Origin: Calditrichia bacterium
GTDB taxonomy: Bacteria > Calditrichota > Calditrichia > JAJRVZ01
Assembly: GCA_963777955.1 (NCBI GenBank)
Contig: CAVZSQ010000006.1
Coordinates: 1-52,768 of the forward strand
DNA length: 52,768 nucleotides
Direction: 5' to 3'
Below the pieces are notes generated by a model that ran no database searches, was not told the DNA's origin, and worked only from the letters and a program-made list of their open reading frames with translations. Of this stretch, positions 52,201-52,768 are shown one piece after another. Numbering within the stretch: the stretch's first letter is position 1; every line of letters starts with the position of its first letter. The position numbers were made by a program, and so were the translations under genes.

Positions 52201-52744
52201 TTAAAACAAATAAACTCTCATTATAAAATAGGTATTTGTCCAAAATCCTTGTCTATCTATGTCCTCAATTCCACTGAGAGTCTTGCTAGTTCCATCAATA
52301 TGTCTGTACTTTGAAAGCAATTCAACACCCAAACTAAATTTGTCAATCAAGAAGTACTCACCTCCTATAGTGGGACTTATAAAAAAGCCTGATTCATTTA
52401 GGCCCTCACCATCACTATAACTATATTCGCGATTAGAATAACCGATTCTAAGACCAAAATAGGGTAATTAATCGTTTATAATTCAATGTATAAAAAATAC
52501 CGGACCCGATTTCAAAAGACTTCTCATCATATCCGTGCCTACCATCATCTTTGGTCAAATCAAGTATAAATTCTGGTTCAATTTTAACACATCCACCTAA
52601 AAAGATGGGAAAGTAGAATCTATCCTCATTTAATGCAGCTCCAAATCCTATATTTTTATGACTGAATTGTAAAGTATCTTGTGCGTAACATAAGGTAGAA
52701 AGATTTACAAAAATTATAATAAAAAGTATTTTAAAATTTTTCAT
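52201..52744 (-). CDS. Small outer-membrane beta-barrel protein, frameshift near 52460
   Basis: Signal peptide and AAGGAG RBS; second frame GFFISPTIGGEYFLIDKFSLGVELL...TYFIMRVYLF* with terminal Phe. Confidence 0.7.
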
Positions 52745-52768
52745 ATGAAATCTCCTTTAAGGAACCTG

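Larger units (their letters stand above)
51416..52768. mobile_element. Start of a second related island in tandem (extends beyond the window)
   Basis: Begins with the same arm as island 1; sequence stays AT-rich with cassette-like cargo. Confidence 0.6.

Overview
Bacterial chromosomal window, probably from an FCB-associated lineage such as Calditrichota, KSB1 or an Ignavibacteria relative. This is inferred from gene content (eukaryote-type citrate synthase, PilM/DUF3822-like gene before rsmD-coaD, HEAT-cyclophilin fusion). It has three zones. (1) 1-5200 is accessory: DUF3795, EEP phosphatase, S9 peptidase and a lipoprotein, with a duplicated ~135-bp multi-hairpin element and dense palindromic and tandem repeats. 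(2) 5286-44200 is housekeeping core: plsX, RsbU-type phosphatase operon, acetate-CoA ligase, amrB, tex, nth, aminotransferase, rsmD-coaD-pta, gltA, ABC exporter, NSS transporter, ychF, acpS, ECF sigma, MltD-like and rdgB. Many of these genes carry single-base frameshifts that look like long-read consensus errors. (3) 44257-52768 is a tRNA cluster (Pro, Arg, His, a tRNA-Glu-like pseudo-copy, Glu) followed by an AT-rich island. A 104-bp block (tRNA-Glu 3' end, hairpin, terminator, tandem arm-type repeats) is duplicated 6218 bp downstream. This points to related elements integrated in tandem, with no integrase visible in the window. All cargo genes are on the minus strand, many are decayed, and at least one good integron attC-like site is present. 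All calls were made by eye; no searches were run.
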